Positions 28,324 to 41,400 of a stretch of DNA of 64,000 nt are shown in pieces. The notes beneath the pieces were generated by a model. It saw only the letters and a program-made list of their open reading frames with translations, did not search any database and was not told the DNA's origin. Within the stretch, counting starts at the first letter, position 1. Every line of letters begins with the position of its first letter. The translations under genes were made by a program, and so were the position numbers. The stretch comes from Eledone cirrhosa (taxonomy: Eukaryota), in NCBI GenBank assembly GCA_964016885.1, contig OZ024758.1, positions 8,060,001-8,124,000 on the forward strand, written 5' to 3'.

Positions 28324-31300
28324 TATATATATATATATATATATATATGTTTATATATAAATATATATATATGTTTATATATAAATATATATATATATAT
28401 ATATGTTTACATATATATATATATATATATATGTTTACATATATATATATATATATATGTTTACATATATATATATATAGAGAGAGAGAAAGAGAGGGGT
28501 AAAAGATCCATTAAAGTACATAGAGGTCATTCGGTAAAGATTACCATGTAGTCGGTGTTCTATGAAATATATCAACAGTCTGTCATATCAGTGTTTTAGG
28601 TTTGTGTAAAGCTTGTTGCCAGCATATGTTACTTCTGTGTTCTCCTTATCACTATTTGGCTAATTTATCAAAAATTCTTCACAGTGGTATTTTTGACAGA
28701 AGGTGTGGGTGGGTTGGGGGTGGCGAGATAGTCATTACCATTATTAGCGTTAATGGTAATGACAGTGGATTTGGTAGTATCAGTAGAGGGTTGAACAACA
28801 TGCTTTATGGCATATAGTTATGGCCCTTTACGTTCTGAGTTCAAATCCAGCTATGGTTAGATTTGCCTTTCATCCTTACAAGGTCAGTTAAATAAAGCAC
28901 CAGTCACATACTGGGGGCTGATTTAATTGACTTTCCCCTCCCTAAACTTCTTGGCCTTGTGCCTAAATTAGAAACCATTTTTATTGTAAACTAAGTGGTT
29001 GACTTAAGAAGCATTTGAGAAATTTGAAACTTGTGTCCCAACTCTGATGGCCATAATAATAATAATTGTTTCTACTTTTGGCACAAGGCCAGCAATTATC
29101 CCAGTGTATTACTGGTACTTTATTTTATCGACCCTGTAAGGATGAAAGGTAAAGTTAACCTCGGCGGGATTTGAACTCAGATCATAAAGGGAGGTAACTC
29201 TATGTTTCAAAGCATGGCGTCCGACCCTCTACCGATACTGCTAATACACCGATGGCCATAATGAAACGCTATAAATAATAGCTGAGATTCCATATGTCTC
29301 ACGTGACCATAGCAGTTGCCTCCCCAGCACACTACGTCTGATATCTCTTATATCCAGCTTTTCTTGCAACTCATCCATGCTTTGACATACACATCCATCT
29401 GAACATGCTTCATTTCTATCAAACCTTTGCATATCTTCTGTGTATATTGCCATGTCTTGCCACCATGCAGCATCACACTTTACACCCAAGCATCATACAG
29501 CTGGCCCTTCTTTTTTAGTGTAACCTTTTGTTGTCAACAGAGGTAGTAGCTTCCTGAATTTCTTCCATCCTCTTCTTACTCTGGCAACAATTCTCTCGGT
29601 GCAGCCTCATCTCTCACTAATTTGATCACCTTGGTAACAAAAGCTATCAACCACTACTGTGGAGCTTCCTTGGGATTAGTAATGATCTCTGTGCCATGTA
29701 CAAACATCACCTTTTCGGTTGGTCTGCTATTGTGTATATCTTATAGAGTCATTAACTTCTCCTACCGCCCCTTTCAATGTAAAGTTATGTTGGTCCCACA
29801 ACATCCAGGCCGAAACAAATGAGATCGTGTAGGTGTCACGACAAAAAAACACACAGTCCACGCTGTAAATGTGGCCGTGTAGGCAACACGGTAAAAACCT
29901 CCCAGCCCCACACTGTAAATGTGGTTGGTGTTAGGAAGGGCATCCAGCTGTAGAAAACCCGCCAGACAGTCCACGCTGTAATGTGGCCGTGTAGGCAACA
30001 CGGTAAAAACCTCCCAGCCCCACACTGTAAATGTGGTTGGTGTTAGGAAGGGCATCCAGCTGTAGAAAACCTGCCAGACAGTCCACGCTGTAAATGTGGC
30101 CGTGTAGGCAACACGGTAAAAACCTGCCAGCCCCACACTGTAAATGTGGTTGGTGTTAGGAAGGGCATCCAACTGTAGAAAACCCGCCAGACAGTCCTAT
30201 GCGAGCAAGACAACCACTCTTGCCTCAAGTGGGAAAACCCCCGTCCAAACCCATGCAAGCGTGGAACACGGACGCTAAACCTGATGATGATGATGATGAT
30301 GATTTTCAACATATCTAACAGGGCTACTACCCTGATGGGATCAATGACCTGTCTTCTTTCCAGTTTACAAAAACTTTTGTTTTACCCAAGCTTTACCTAA
30401 GCTTTTTTTTTACCCTTATGTTTTGTTCCCAAAGCTGGAATTTCCTATCTTGCTCTTTCCCTGATTTCGTTGTAATTCTTGGGTTATAATGTACCTTGGA
30501 TAGGTTCTTGGTTTTACCCACGTCCTAATTTTATAACAGCCAAAGTTGCTGTTGTATCTATGTCCCACATTCTTGCTACTTGTATCTGTAAATCTTTGTA
30601 TTTTGAATGTTTTGTTTTCTGTTTCTCTGATTTGTATATGTTACTGTCATTTCAATCCTGAAGCTCATTTTTATTTTTATGATCTTTTATGCTTATATCT
30701 ATTGATTGGCTAAAATATGCCAGTCTCTGCTGCTGTCATGTCTCATTTTATCATTGCTGTCTTTTTCTCTAACTTACTCAGGATTATATCAGTGTCATTT
30801 TGTTTTTTTTCTGTGCTGTCTATATTGTTTGACAATTGCCATTGAGGACACATTGCTGTCCTGGTGTGCTTGTGTATGAATTATATTTTCCTAATACTGT
30901 GAGAATGTTGGTAGTTTTGTCAAATGTTCCACATACTCAATCTTTAACACTTGAACCAGCCCTCATTCTAATGTTTCTTTAACTATTATGATATCACAGA
31001 AAATGTCTAAAAGCAGGTTTGTTGATTAAAATGTTTGTAGTATCTTTACAAGTAGACAGATTGTTGTGAAAATTTGCAATGTTAGACTAAAGACTTCAAT
31101 TTTCAATGCGATACAGTCATAGTGCTGTTTTGTACTCTTCAAGAATGTCTTGCTAATATGGTTTCATACAGTTTGCTAATTCAAATGTTTGTTGTATCTT
31201 TTATACTGCAAATTTCCACAACATTCTTGCAGTTTTATTTGGTATCAGACATAGGGTTGTTTTATACTTATCAAGAATATCTTGCTGGTTCAGTTTTATT

Positions 31301-32005
31301 TGGGAACAAACATCCACAACAATCTGACCACTAGTAGAATAAAGACTTTAGTTTTATTCAGTCATAGTGTTGTTTTATACTTTTCAAGAATATCTTGCTG
31401 GTTCAGTTTTATTTGGTAACAAACATCCACAACAATCTGACCACTGAAGACTTTAGTTTTATTCAGTCATAGTGTTGTTTTATACTTTTCAAGAATATCT
31501 TGCTGGTTCAGTTTTATTTGGGAACAGACATCCACAACAATCTGACCACTAGTAGAATAGAGACTTTATAGTTTCCAATGAGATTCAGTTTCATGTAGTA
31601 CCAGAATTAACAAGTTAATTCCTGTTCAATGCATAGCAATTGGTTTTCTCCCATATTTCCTTTTGGAGCAACTATTTTAATTCTTTAATTTTCATATTCG
31701 GTTCCCTGTAGAAGTATTTTCTATTTTCAATAAATATTTCATATTATAGAAATTGATTTTGTTTCTTTTCTAATCGTCTGATTTATTGAACACTTAACAA
31801 TTATTAGTTGTTGTTGTCCTGCTACTCCTCACTTAATCTCTCTTTCTTATTCATTTTAACTTTCTTTTCTGTTTCTCTATATTTGTTTTGTATTTCTGTT
31901 AATATTGATAAATATTTTCTATCTAGGTTAACCTGTTTCTGGCATATATGTGTGTGTGTGTATACACACATATTTATATATATATATACATACATATATA
32001 TATTT

Positions 32006-32058
<53 letters not shown>

Positions 32059-32079
32059 TATGTATATATTTATATATAT

Positions 32080-32130
<51 letters not shown>

Positions 32131-32302
32131 GTAAAAAGAAATAACACAATCGGTATAGTATAAGGAAAGAATATATTAGGCTAATATATATATTTACACA
32201 TATATATATATATATATACATACATACAAATATATACATATATATATATACACACATATATATATACACACACGTATATATATTAGGTTAATATATATAT
32301 TT

Positions 32303-32339
<37 letters not shown>

Positions 32340-32432
32340 CATACAAATATATACATATATATATATACACACATATATATATACACACACGTATATATAT
32401 ACACATATATATATATATATACATACATACAA

Positions 32433-32463
<31 letters not shown>

Positions 32464-35400
32464 CACTCACACACATATATACATACATACATACATACAT
32501 ACATACATACCTACACATATATATATTGTTTATATTCTCCAGTAAACTGTCTATTAGTTTCTTTAATATTTTCTTATTCTGTCTTTACTGTATATATCAT
32601 TGTTTTATAGTATATATAATTTACATAGATTATATTACTTTGTTGGAGTTGTGCAGAATTTGTTGTATTGCTTTATTTGAATTTCAGAAATGTTGTTTTA
32701 TTACTGTTTGCAGCACTGCTATACTGTGGTGGTGGTGGTGGTGGTGGTGGTGTGTGGTAGCTGTGGTGTTGTTATTTTATTGTCATGCTCTTTATATTTA
32801 TTTAGAATTTTTTTCCCTTTATTTATTACATTTTTTGTTTCATAGGTAATTGTTTGTGAATGTGTTTTTATTGGGAGTTGTGTGATTTATAACTAATGTT
32901 ACTGTTTGTTTTCATATTTTTTGTTTGTTGTTGTTGTTGTTGCCATATTTTGGTGTGTTTATATTTGTTTGCAAGTATCTTTGCTCACTGGCATTGCTGG
33001 ATATTTGTATTCCAATAGGATTCCAATCAAACACTGTTTCTCTGTATTTCTGATAACAACACTGGAAAGATGTGTCTCTGCATTCATCTTGGTATCAGCT
33101 ACAGTTGACTCTCATCTCAGCTTCAGTTGATTCTCGTCTCAGCTACAGTTGACTCTCATCTCAGCTTCAGTTGAGTCTCATTTGATCTCAGTTGATTCTC
33201 GTCTCAGCTGCAGTTGACTCTCGTCTCAGTTGATTCTCATCTCAGCTTCAGTTGACTCTCATCTCAGATTCTATATTTTGTATTACTTCTATCCAAAGTG
33301 TGGACATTAGCATTGAGTATCAACTGAGTGTACAGAGATGGGTGTGTCAGTGTGTGTATGTGTGTGTGTGTGTGTGTGAACCAGTAACTCCTGGCGAAGT
33401 CATCATCTTGAGTTGATTTTGATCTCAGCTTCTGGAAATTCCTATATTTTGTATTGCTTCTATTCAAACTATGGACATTATCATTGAGAGTACAGAAGTT
33501 AAGGGATGAAGGATCAGTAAGTAAACATCTGAGTTCCCTTAACAATATTTCATCCCTTTTACTGAGGTTGTTTGTGTGTCTATATCAGTCATGGGCAACC
33601 TAGGTTTCATGTAACAACTCTTTACAGACTACTTTATGGAGGCAGTACAGGTTTGTCATAAGGTGTCTAGGTTTCATCTATATGATGACATTTGTGTGAG
33701 TTGTAAAGATTACATCTGCTGTGAAGTGGACAATGTCGGAGGTGACATATAGGTTGTTTATGTAGAGGAGGAAGAGAGAAGAAGGGGTCACCTCACAAAA
33801 CCTTGGGGTACACCAAAGTTGCTAGTGTGTGGGTCAGAGAATGCCTCGTCAGTGCACCACACACTGCAATGGTTATGATCTAACTGAAAGATTCTGATGC
33901 AACAAATGAAATAAATAGAACACATAGAGAGGCAGCTTAGCTAAGATATCAATTCTTTTAAATAAATGATTTTTACTTTCACATTTTTATGTAGATTTTT
34001 TTCTATATTGATTTTATTGTTTTTTTCCCTTGTCTTTCAGGGTGTAGAGGAAGGAGTTGGGAGCTTCTTTCAACTGGCCAAAGACCGATTTCCATTGAAT
34101 TTTTCCCTTCTGATGCAGCTAAGTACCAAACTGGCAGCTGCAGGAACAGAAAGTGCTATGAAGGTAAATGTCTGGTAATTTTGCAATATTTTTGGTGCCA
34201 CGGCAAAAGCATCTCATTCTATACTGTAAAGTGGTCTTGTAGGAGTCGCGAACAAAAACTTTCAACCCACACTGTGAAGTGGTCGTGTTGGTGACATGAC
34301 AAGAAACACCCAGTCCACACTGTAAAGTGGTCATGTTGGTATCACGACAAAAAGCACCCAGCCCACACTGTAAATGTGGTCATGTAGATGTCACAACAGT
34401 AAAGCACCCAGTCCACACTGTAAATGTGGTTGGCGTTAGGAAGGGCATCCAGCTGTAGGAACCAGGCCAGAAACAGTTCTGTTATGAGCAAGATATGGTC
34501 ACCTGATCTGGCTTGTCTCCCTATGGGGCCACTTGTCTAACCCATGCTAGCATGGAACAAATGGACGTTAAATGAGGAGGAGGAGGAGGAGGATAACAAT
34601 GGATTGACAGAATTGTTAGAGTAGTGGACAAATGATTTGTGATGGTTAATAATGCTTCTTTATGTTCTCAGTTCAAATCCTACATCAATTTTGTCTTTTA
34701 CCCTTCAAAGAGCTTGATAAAATAAAGTACCAGTGAAAGACTTGTTAATATAATCAATATAATTCCTTCCCCAAAAATGTGGCTTTCAGCCTAAGTAACT
34801 AAATCAATACTTAATTGAAGCTGCTCTCCTCTTAAACAGTTTCAGGGATTCCCTCTCACTCAGATACATTCCATTTTCACATAGTTTATTCAGCTGGATG
34901 CCCTTCTCTTTGTCAACGACTTTACAGAGTTTACTGGATGCATTTTTATCGTGGCATCAACACAAGAGATGTTGTCATATACTTGACACAACAGAATAGT
35001 CCACTGTAACCTTTCAGCATGATTACTATGGTTAAATGCCCTTCCAAATGGCAACCACTTTACAGAGCAGAGTGTACTGGGTGCATTTATGTTAGCTAAA
35101 TAATAATACCCAGCTTCTTAATAGCTAGATAAACAGACATACTGAAAAGAAGCTAGATGGCTGGTTAGATACAAATACAAACAATTTGCAAAATAGACTA
35201 AGTTACTTTGTAGTGAATAACTATTCTATTTTGTGAACTGTTTATGATCTGTTATTTGCTGACACAGACCATTACTAGTTTCCTTGGAGTCTACTGTTTC
35301 ACCTATACAAACAAATAGGTAACTAGTTACCTAGCATTCTAGGTATATAGACAGCTAGGTGCCCTCATCATATATTTTTAAATGAGGGGATTCCAATTTA

Positions 35401-38400
35401 AGCTATTTGAAGCAACAAGCATTAAATCAACTGGTAGTTCATATGAATACATGATGCCCCCCCCCCCCCCCCAACCCACCTAATTTTGGTATGTTCTATT
35501 GGAATATCCTCCCTCTACCAACAACTTCCTTCAACCTATCTCCACCACCCACATTCCTCTCTCTTATAATGCCTTTCAGCTTCCTTACTATATTCCAGCT
35601 CTCACATCTCTCTCTCTCTAATCACCTCTTCCTATCCCTCATCTCCTTCACACATTGCATGGTTGACTGTAATAGAACACCTACTCAGAGCAGTCATGGT
35701 CTCTGTAGTCTGGTAGTCTTTAAGAAAACTCAGTGTAGATGAATGGTTTGTGAGATCAGTACAAGTCATGCTGCCAATAAAGTGAGAATTGGCAGCAATA
35801 AAGAATTTAATGTGTAAGTAGGGGTTCATTAAAGTTTGGTCGTAGGCTCCCTCCTCTTTATTATAGATCTCTAATCCATTGCAGACATCTTTAAGACTGA
35901 CTGTCTGTAAGAATTCTTATATGCTGAATCTGGAGATCCCCGCCAAAAGTAGATTCCAAACATGGAAACAAAATCTAGAATCCAAAAAACTCAGAGTAAA
36001 CTCATCAAGGAGTAGGAAAGAAATGTCAAGACCCTGTTAGAAGAAATAGCTGAAACTGTTTCATTTGTTTTAAAATCATCAGAAATGTCTAGCATACACT
36101 TGCAGAGAAACTGATGGTTGATGTTCTCTTAACACAAGTGAATCATCATCATCATTATTTTACGTCCACTTTTCCCTGCTTGCAAGGCTGGGACGGGTCC
36201 TATTCAGTACAGCATCTCTCCATTTGTCACAGTCCCTCGTCATCTCTTCTATAAGCTTCAGCGATCTGAGCTCAGCTCTCACAACCTCCGTCCATGTTTT
36301 TCGTGGTCTTCCTCGACTGCATATTCCTTCCACTGGGATTTGGCACTTCATCACCCAGCGGTCATCCTCCATGCGCATCACATGTCCATACCAATGCAGT
36401 CTTCTCTCCCGCACACTTCAGCTTATCCCTCTTATACACAGTTTCACTCTCAACTCTTCTATGCCTGGTCATTCACACACATTGACATTGCGCATCCATC
36501 GGAGCATGCTTTCTTCATTTTTCTCCAGCCATCGCATATCCTCCGCAGTTGCTGCCCATATCTCACTACCATACAGCATCGCACATCTTACACACACACG
36601 TATATATATATTGACATACACACAAGCACATATGTTCTGTTTACAGGTAATGAGCACACTGAACTCCCTTCCTAAATACACAGAATATATGGACAGAAAT
36701 GTGATTGCGGAATATCAACAAATTGATGACATCACTGTCTGCCAACTCAGTATTGCCAGATCTATCTATTCTAATGGTAAGTCTTATCTACTTGCTTCTA
36801 TTTCTATAACTTGTTATTATTGCCAGAATTGGGCGGTGGAATGGTAGTATCGGTAGAGTGTCGGACACCATGCTTTCCAGCATAGTTACGTCCCTTTACG
36901 ATCTGAGTTCAAATCCCACCGAGGTTGACTTTGCCTTTCATCCTTACGGGGTCGATAAAATAAAGTACCAGTAATGCACTGGGTAATTGCTGGCCTTGTG
37001 CCTAAAGTAGAAACAATAATTATTGCTGGCAACTACATTGCTAATTAGACTCAAAGTAGCTGTGAATTTAATTCTTAATATACTGTGACAGCTAGACACA
37101 CTTTAGTTTGGACAGGCATTTAACCCTTTAGTATTTACATTACTCTATATTTACTATTGTATTTTCATGGTAATGGCTTTACCTCACATAATATCGAATC
37201 TATGAGATTTTCATGTTATTTATTTTGAGAACTAACTTAACATCAGTATGAGTGGCCAATTACAGCCGGTTTGAACAGAAAAAAGAGAGCAAATTCTGGC
37301 CTGATATGGCCGGTTTAAATGCTGAAGGGTTAAAATAAATAAATAAATAAATAAATAAATGGGTGTAAACTACGAATGTCAGGTGAAGAGTTTAAAGTTT
37401 GTAAATCATATTTTTTTTATTATCATTCTACATCGTAATTCTATTTGTAATATTTTAGTACATTTTTAAAACAAAAGGAAGTGTGAAAATAAATTTACTT
37501 TATTCTTTACATCATATTTTTTGTTGAAATATTTTGCACATTTTAAAAACAAAAGTGAAAATAAATTTATTTTATTCATTATAAAATTTATTAAAATGTA
37601 ACTTTTTTTAGAAAGTTGTTGATGTAAAAGTAATCACCTCTGTGTTTACATTTGTGGAGGTGTTTGTGGTTTAATTTAAAGGTCTCTGCAGCACTAGAAC
37701 TCCACTAGCCAGTAACACAATCTGACCCTTGACCTTTGTGGGGGTGTTTGTGGTTTAATTTAAGGGTTACTGCAGCACTAGAACTCCACTAGCCAGTAAC
37801 ACAATCTGACCCTTGACCTTTGTGGGGGTGTTTGTGGTTTAATTTAAAGGTCTCTGCAGCACTAGAACTCCACTAGCCAGTAACACAATCTGACCCTTGA
37901 CCTTTGTGGGGGTGTTTGTGGTTTAATTTAAAGGTCTCTGCAGCACTAGAACTCCACTAGCCAGTAACACAATCTGACCCTTGGCCTTTGTGGGGGTGTT
38001 TGTGGTTTAATTTAAAGGTCTCTGCAGCACTAGAACTCCACTAGCCAGTAACACAATCTGACCCTTGACCTTTGTGGGGGTGTTTGTGGTTTAATTTAAG
38101 GGTTACTGCAGCACTAGAACTCCACTAGCCAGTAACACAATCTGACCCTTGACCTTATCTGGTGCAGGGTGATTTTCTGGGACATTTTTTTGAAAAGAAA
38201 GTGCATCTTATAAGCCGTCAAATACAAATACAGTACATTGTATGTATAAATGGACCTGTAACCTCTGATGTAGTCGTAGGAATATCATCATCATCATCAT
38301 CATCATGACACCTGCTTTCCCTGCAAAGGTTGGACGGGTGTACATAGACAAAGTCAGTACTGAAGTACTAGGGCTGCTGATCTCCCTGACAAACCAGGGA

Positions 38401-41400
38401 CCTGTCATCTTGCCTATGGACATTTTGGATATTATAATAATAATTGTTTCTACTTTTGGCACAAGGCCAGCAATTAATCAGTGTATTACTGGTACTTTAT
38501 TTTATCGACCCCGTAAGGATGAAAGGCAAAATTAACCTCGGCGGGATTTGAACTCAGATCATACAGGGCGGTAACTCTATGCTTCAAAGCATGGTGTCCG
38601 ACCCTCTACTGATACTGCCAAATAATGAAATTGTGTACAGTGCTCAGGTGCACTACAACTCATCAAAGGTGCATGTATAATAGAATAATGTACAAATGTC
38701 ATGAAAGTTAACAGTGTATGAGTCATGACATACATGTGTGCGTGTGTATGGAGGGGGATATCAGGTGTAGTGTTGGCGAATAACTGATGCAGGTAGTTTA
38801 ATCCTGGCAGAGCCCATCCTTCTTCAAATTTGAACACAGCTGAGTTTTTCCAGAGAGGGGGGAGGAGAAAGAAAAAAAGAATTGACCCTAGTAGTCAACC
38901 GGTACTTTATTTATCAACCTTTTGAAAGGATGACAGGCAAAGTTGACCCCAGCAGAATTTGAACTTGGAGTGAAGGGAGCCGGAACAAATGCCACAAAAC
39001 ATCTGATGTTTTAATGACTGCCAATTTGTCGCTTTCACATACATTACCTTCTTTTAATTTAACAATATTTTAATAGCGAACATATCAATTCCAAAGTGTA
39101 ATTAATATTGCATAATTATCAAGAAAAAAATATTTCAGTAAGTTTTCAGTCGCCAATTCTGTTTGATTTTCTGCCAGCAACACTTATAATTCCACACCAC
39201 ACCTTTTTCTTATAGTTTAATGTAAATTCTTTTGTTGATTTTAAGTATTTAGTTTTGTTGATAATTACAAAGATAAATTCATTTCCATGGATTCTTGTAA
39301 GCTAAACAACCTTTCAGAATCAATTTGTAAAGGTCTCAATTAACTACAGTTTTATAAATATTGTATATTTTGGTTTGTTTCATGTTCTTCTTTAAGGAAA
39401 CTCATCTAACATTTCGAAAATTTTTAAATGTTCATATGTAAACGGGAATACAGTTTTGCCTTTCAGGCATTATATAATGTCATTGAAGTTGCTGTAAGGT
39501 ATTAAACCAGAAATAATGGTCAAGATACTGTGGAGTACATGTGACACAGAAATAATGGTCAAGATACTGTGGAGTACATGGGTGACACAGAAATAATAGT
39601 CAAGATACTGTGGAGTACATGGGTGTGACACAGAAATAATAGTCAATATACTGTGGAGTACATGTGTGACAGAAATAATAGTCAAGATACTGTGGAGTAC
39701 ATGGGTGACACAGAAATAATAGTCAAGATACTGTGGAGTACATGGGTGTGACACAGAAATAATAGTCAAGATACTGTGGAGTACATGGGTGTGACACAGA
39801 AATAATAGTCAAGATATTTAATGTGAAGTACATGTAATGTACTGTATCTTTTCTTGGGGTTATAGATTGTGTAAAATGTTGAGAACACTTTGTAAAGTGG
39901 TTGCTGATAAGAAGGGCACCCAGCCATAGAAAACCTGCTAAACAAAGGATCAGGAAGATTCTACAAATGTGTCGAAGACAACCTCCCTAGTGTTGGTAAT
40001 CAGCACTACAAATGCACCTGGTACCACTCTGTAAAAGCAGACAGCTGTGTCAACCTCCCTAGTGCTGGTGTCATGTTAAAATACTCTCAGTAGAACGCAG
40101 GAATGTTTTTAAATGAAATGCAGATCCTTGACCCATCTAAGATGTCAGTAGCACCACATGAGTACTGACTTGGTCTGTGATGATGATGATGATGATGATA
40201 CCTCATGTTGCTAAAATAAGACGTCCACTTTCTGATTCCTCAGTTCTAACTCTACATTTGTCCCTATAAAGAGTTATTTTCTTAAAATTACTCATGCATT
40301 TAATCTTGCATGTCATTTGTGTATATATGCTAAACCTTTATGTACTATATCATCATCATCATCATCATCCTCACCATTTTATGTCCATTCTTCCACGCTA
40401 GCATGGGTTAGACGGGTTGTCCTGGTGTGGGCAATGCCAGGTCGGGTGACCATGTCTTGCCCATACAGAAACTGAATATATGTGCCTAAAAAATCGATGG
40501 TAGAAAGGGGGTCGACTTATATCTGGGGTCAATATTTTGACGATTTTTCACCAACTTCAAATTCTATGTAAATAAGATGTCAAAATATATGGAGTGGTTA
40601 TTTTACAGTGAAACGCTGTTTTTTCTGCATTTACTACATCGCTGTTGGTCTTATTCATTGCCTTGAAAATATTCCCTGCAAATTTTTTATGATCTGAATT
40701 TTTTATTATATAAACACCCCATACATATGCACCTGCGCATACACACACACACACACACACACATACATGTTTTTCTCTGACAATACTTTTTCTTTCAATC
40801 TTCTGATTTGATTTTATTGCTCTTGCTCTCTCTCTCTCTCTCTCCTCGCTCTCACTTGCTGTCTCTCTCTCTCTCTCTCTCCTCGCTCTCACTTGCTGTC
40901 TCTCTCTCTCTCTCTCCTCGCTCTCACTTGCTGTCTCTCTCTCTCTCTCTCCTCGCTCTCACTTGCTGTCTCTCTCTCTCTCCTCGTTCTCACTTGCTGT
41001 CTCTCTCTCTCTCCTCGCTCTCACTTGCTGTCTCTCTCCTTCTCTCTTCTCACTCTCTCTCCCTCCCTCCTCTACTCTATGTATCCCTATACAATGTTCT
41101 CTTAGTCTATCTAGCATGTGACCAAAAGCAAACAAGAATTCGAGACACTTGTTGAAACTTAACATAATGGAATCTCATTACTTAATGGAGTTGTGAAACA
41201 AAAACTATATTTTAAACAACACTTAAAGCATTTTAATCATCAAAATATTAAAACTTTATAGACAATATACCCCCACAGGGAATTGTCCCCCTCACATAGA
41301 ACTGTATCTGGCAGGTTTTCTATGCCTGGATGCCCTTCCTAACACCACATTTACAGTGTGGACTGGGAGCCTTTTTACCGTGTCTCCTACATGACCACTT

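Noticed and set aside
39397-39498. Candidate NUP188 exon after tttaag
   Set aside because: Ends in an in-frame stop, shows no similarity to NUP188, and exons i and j join in phase without it.
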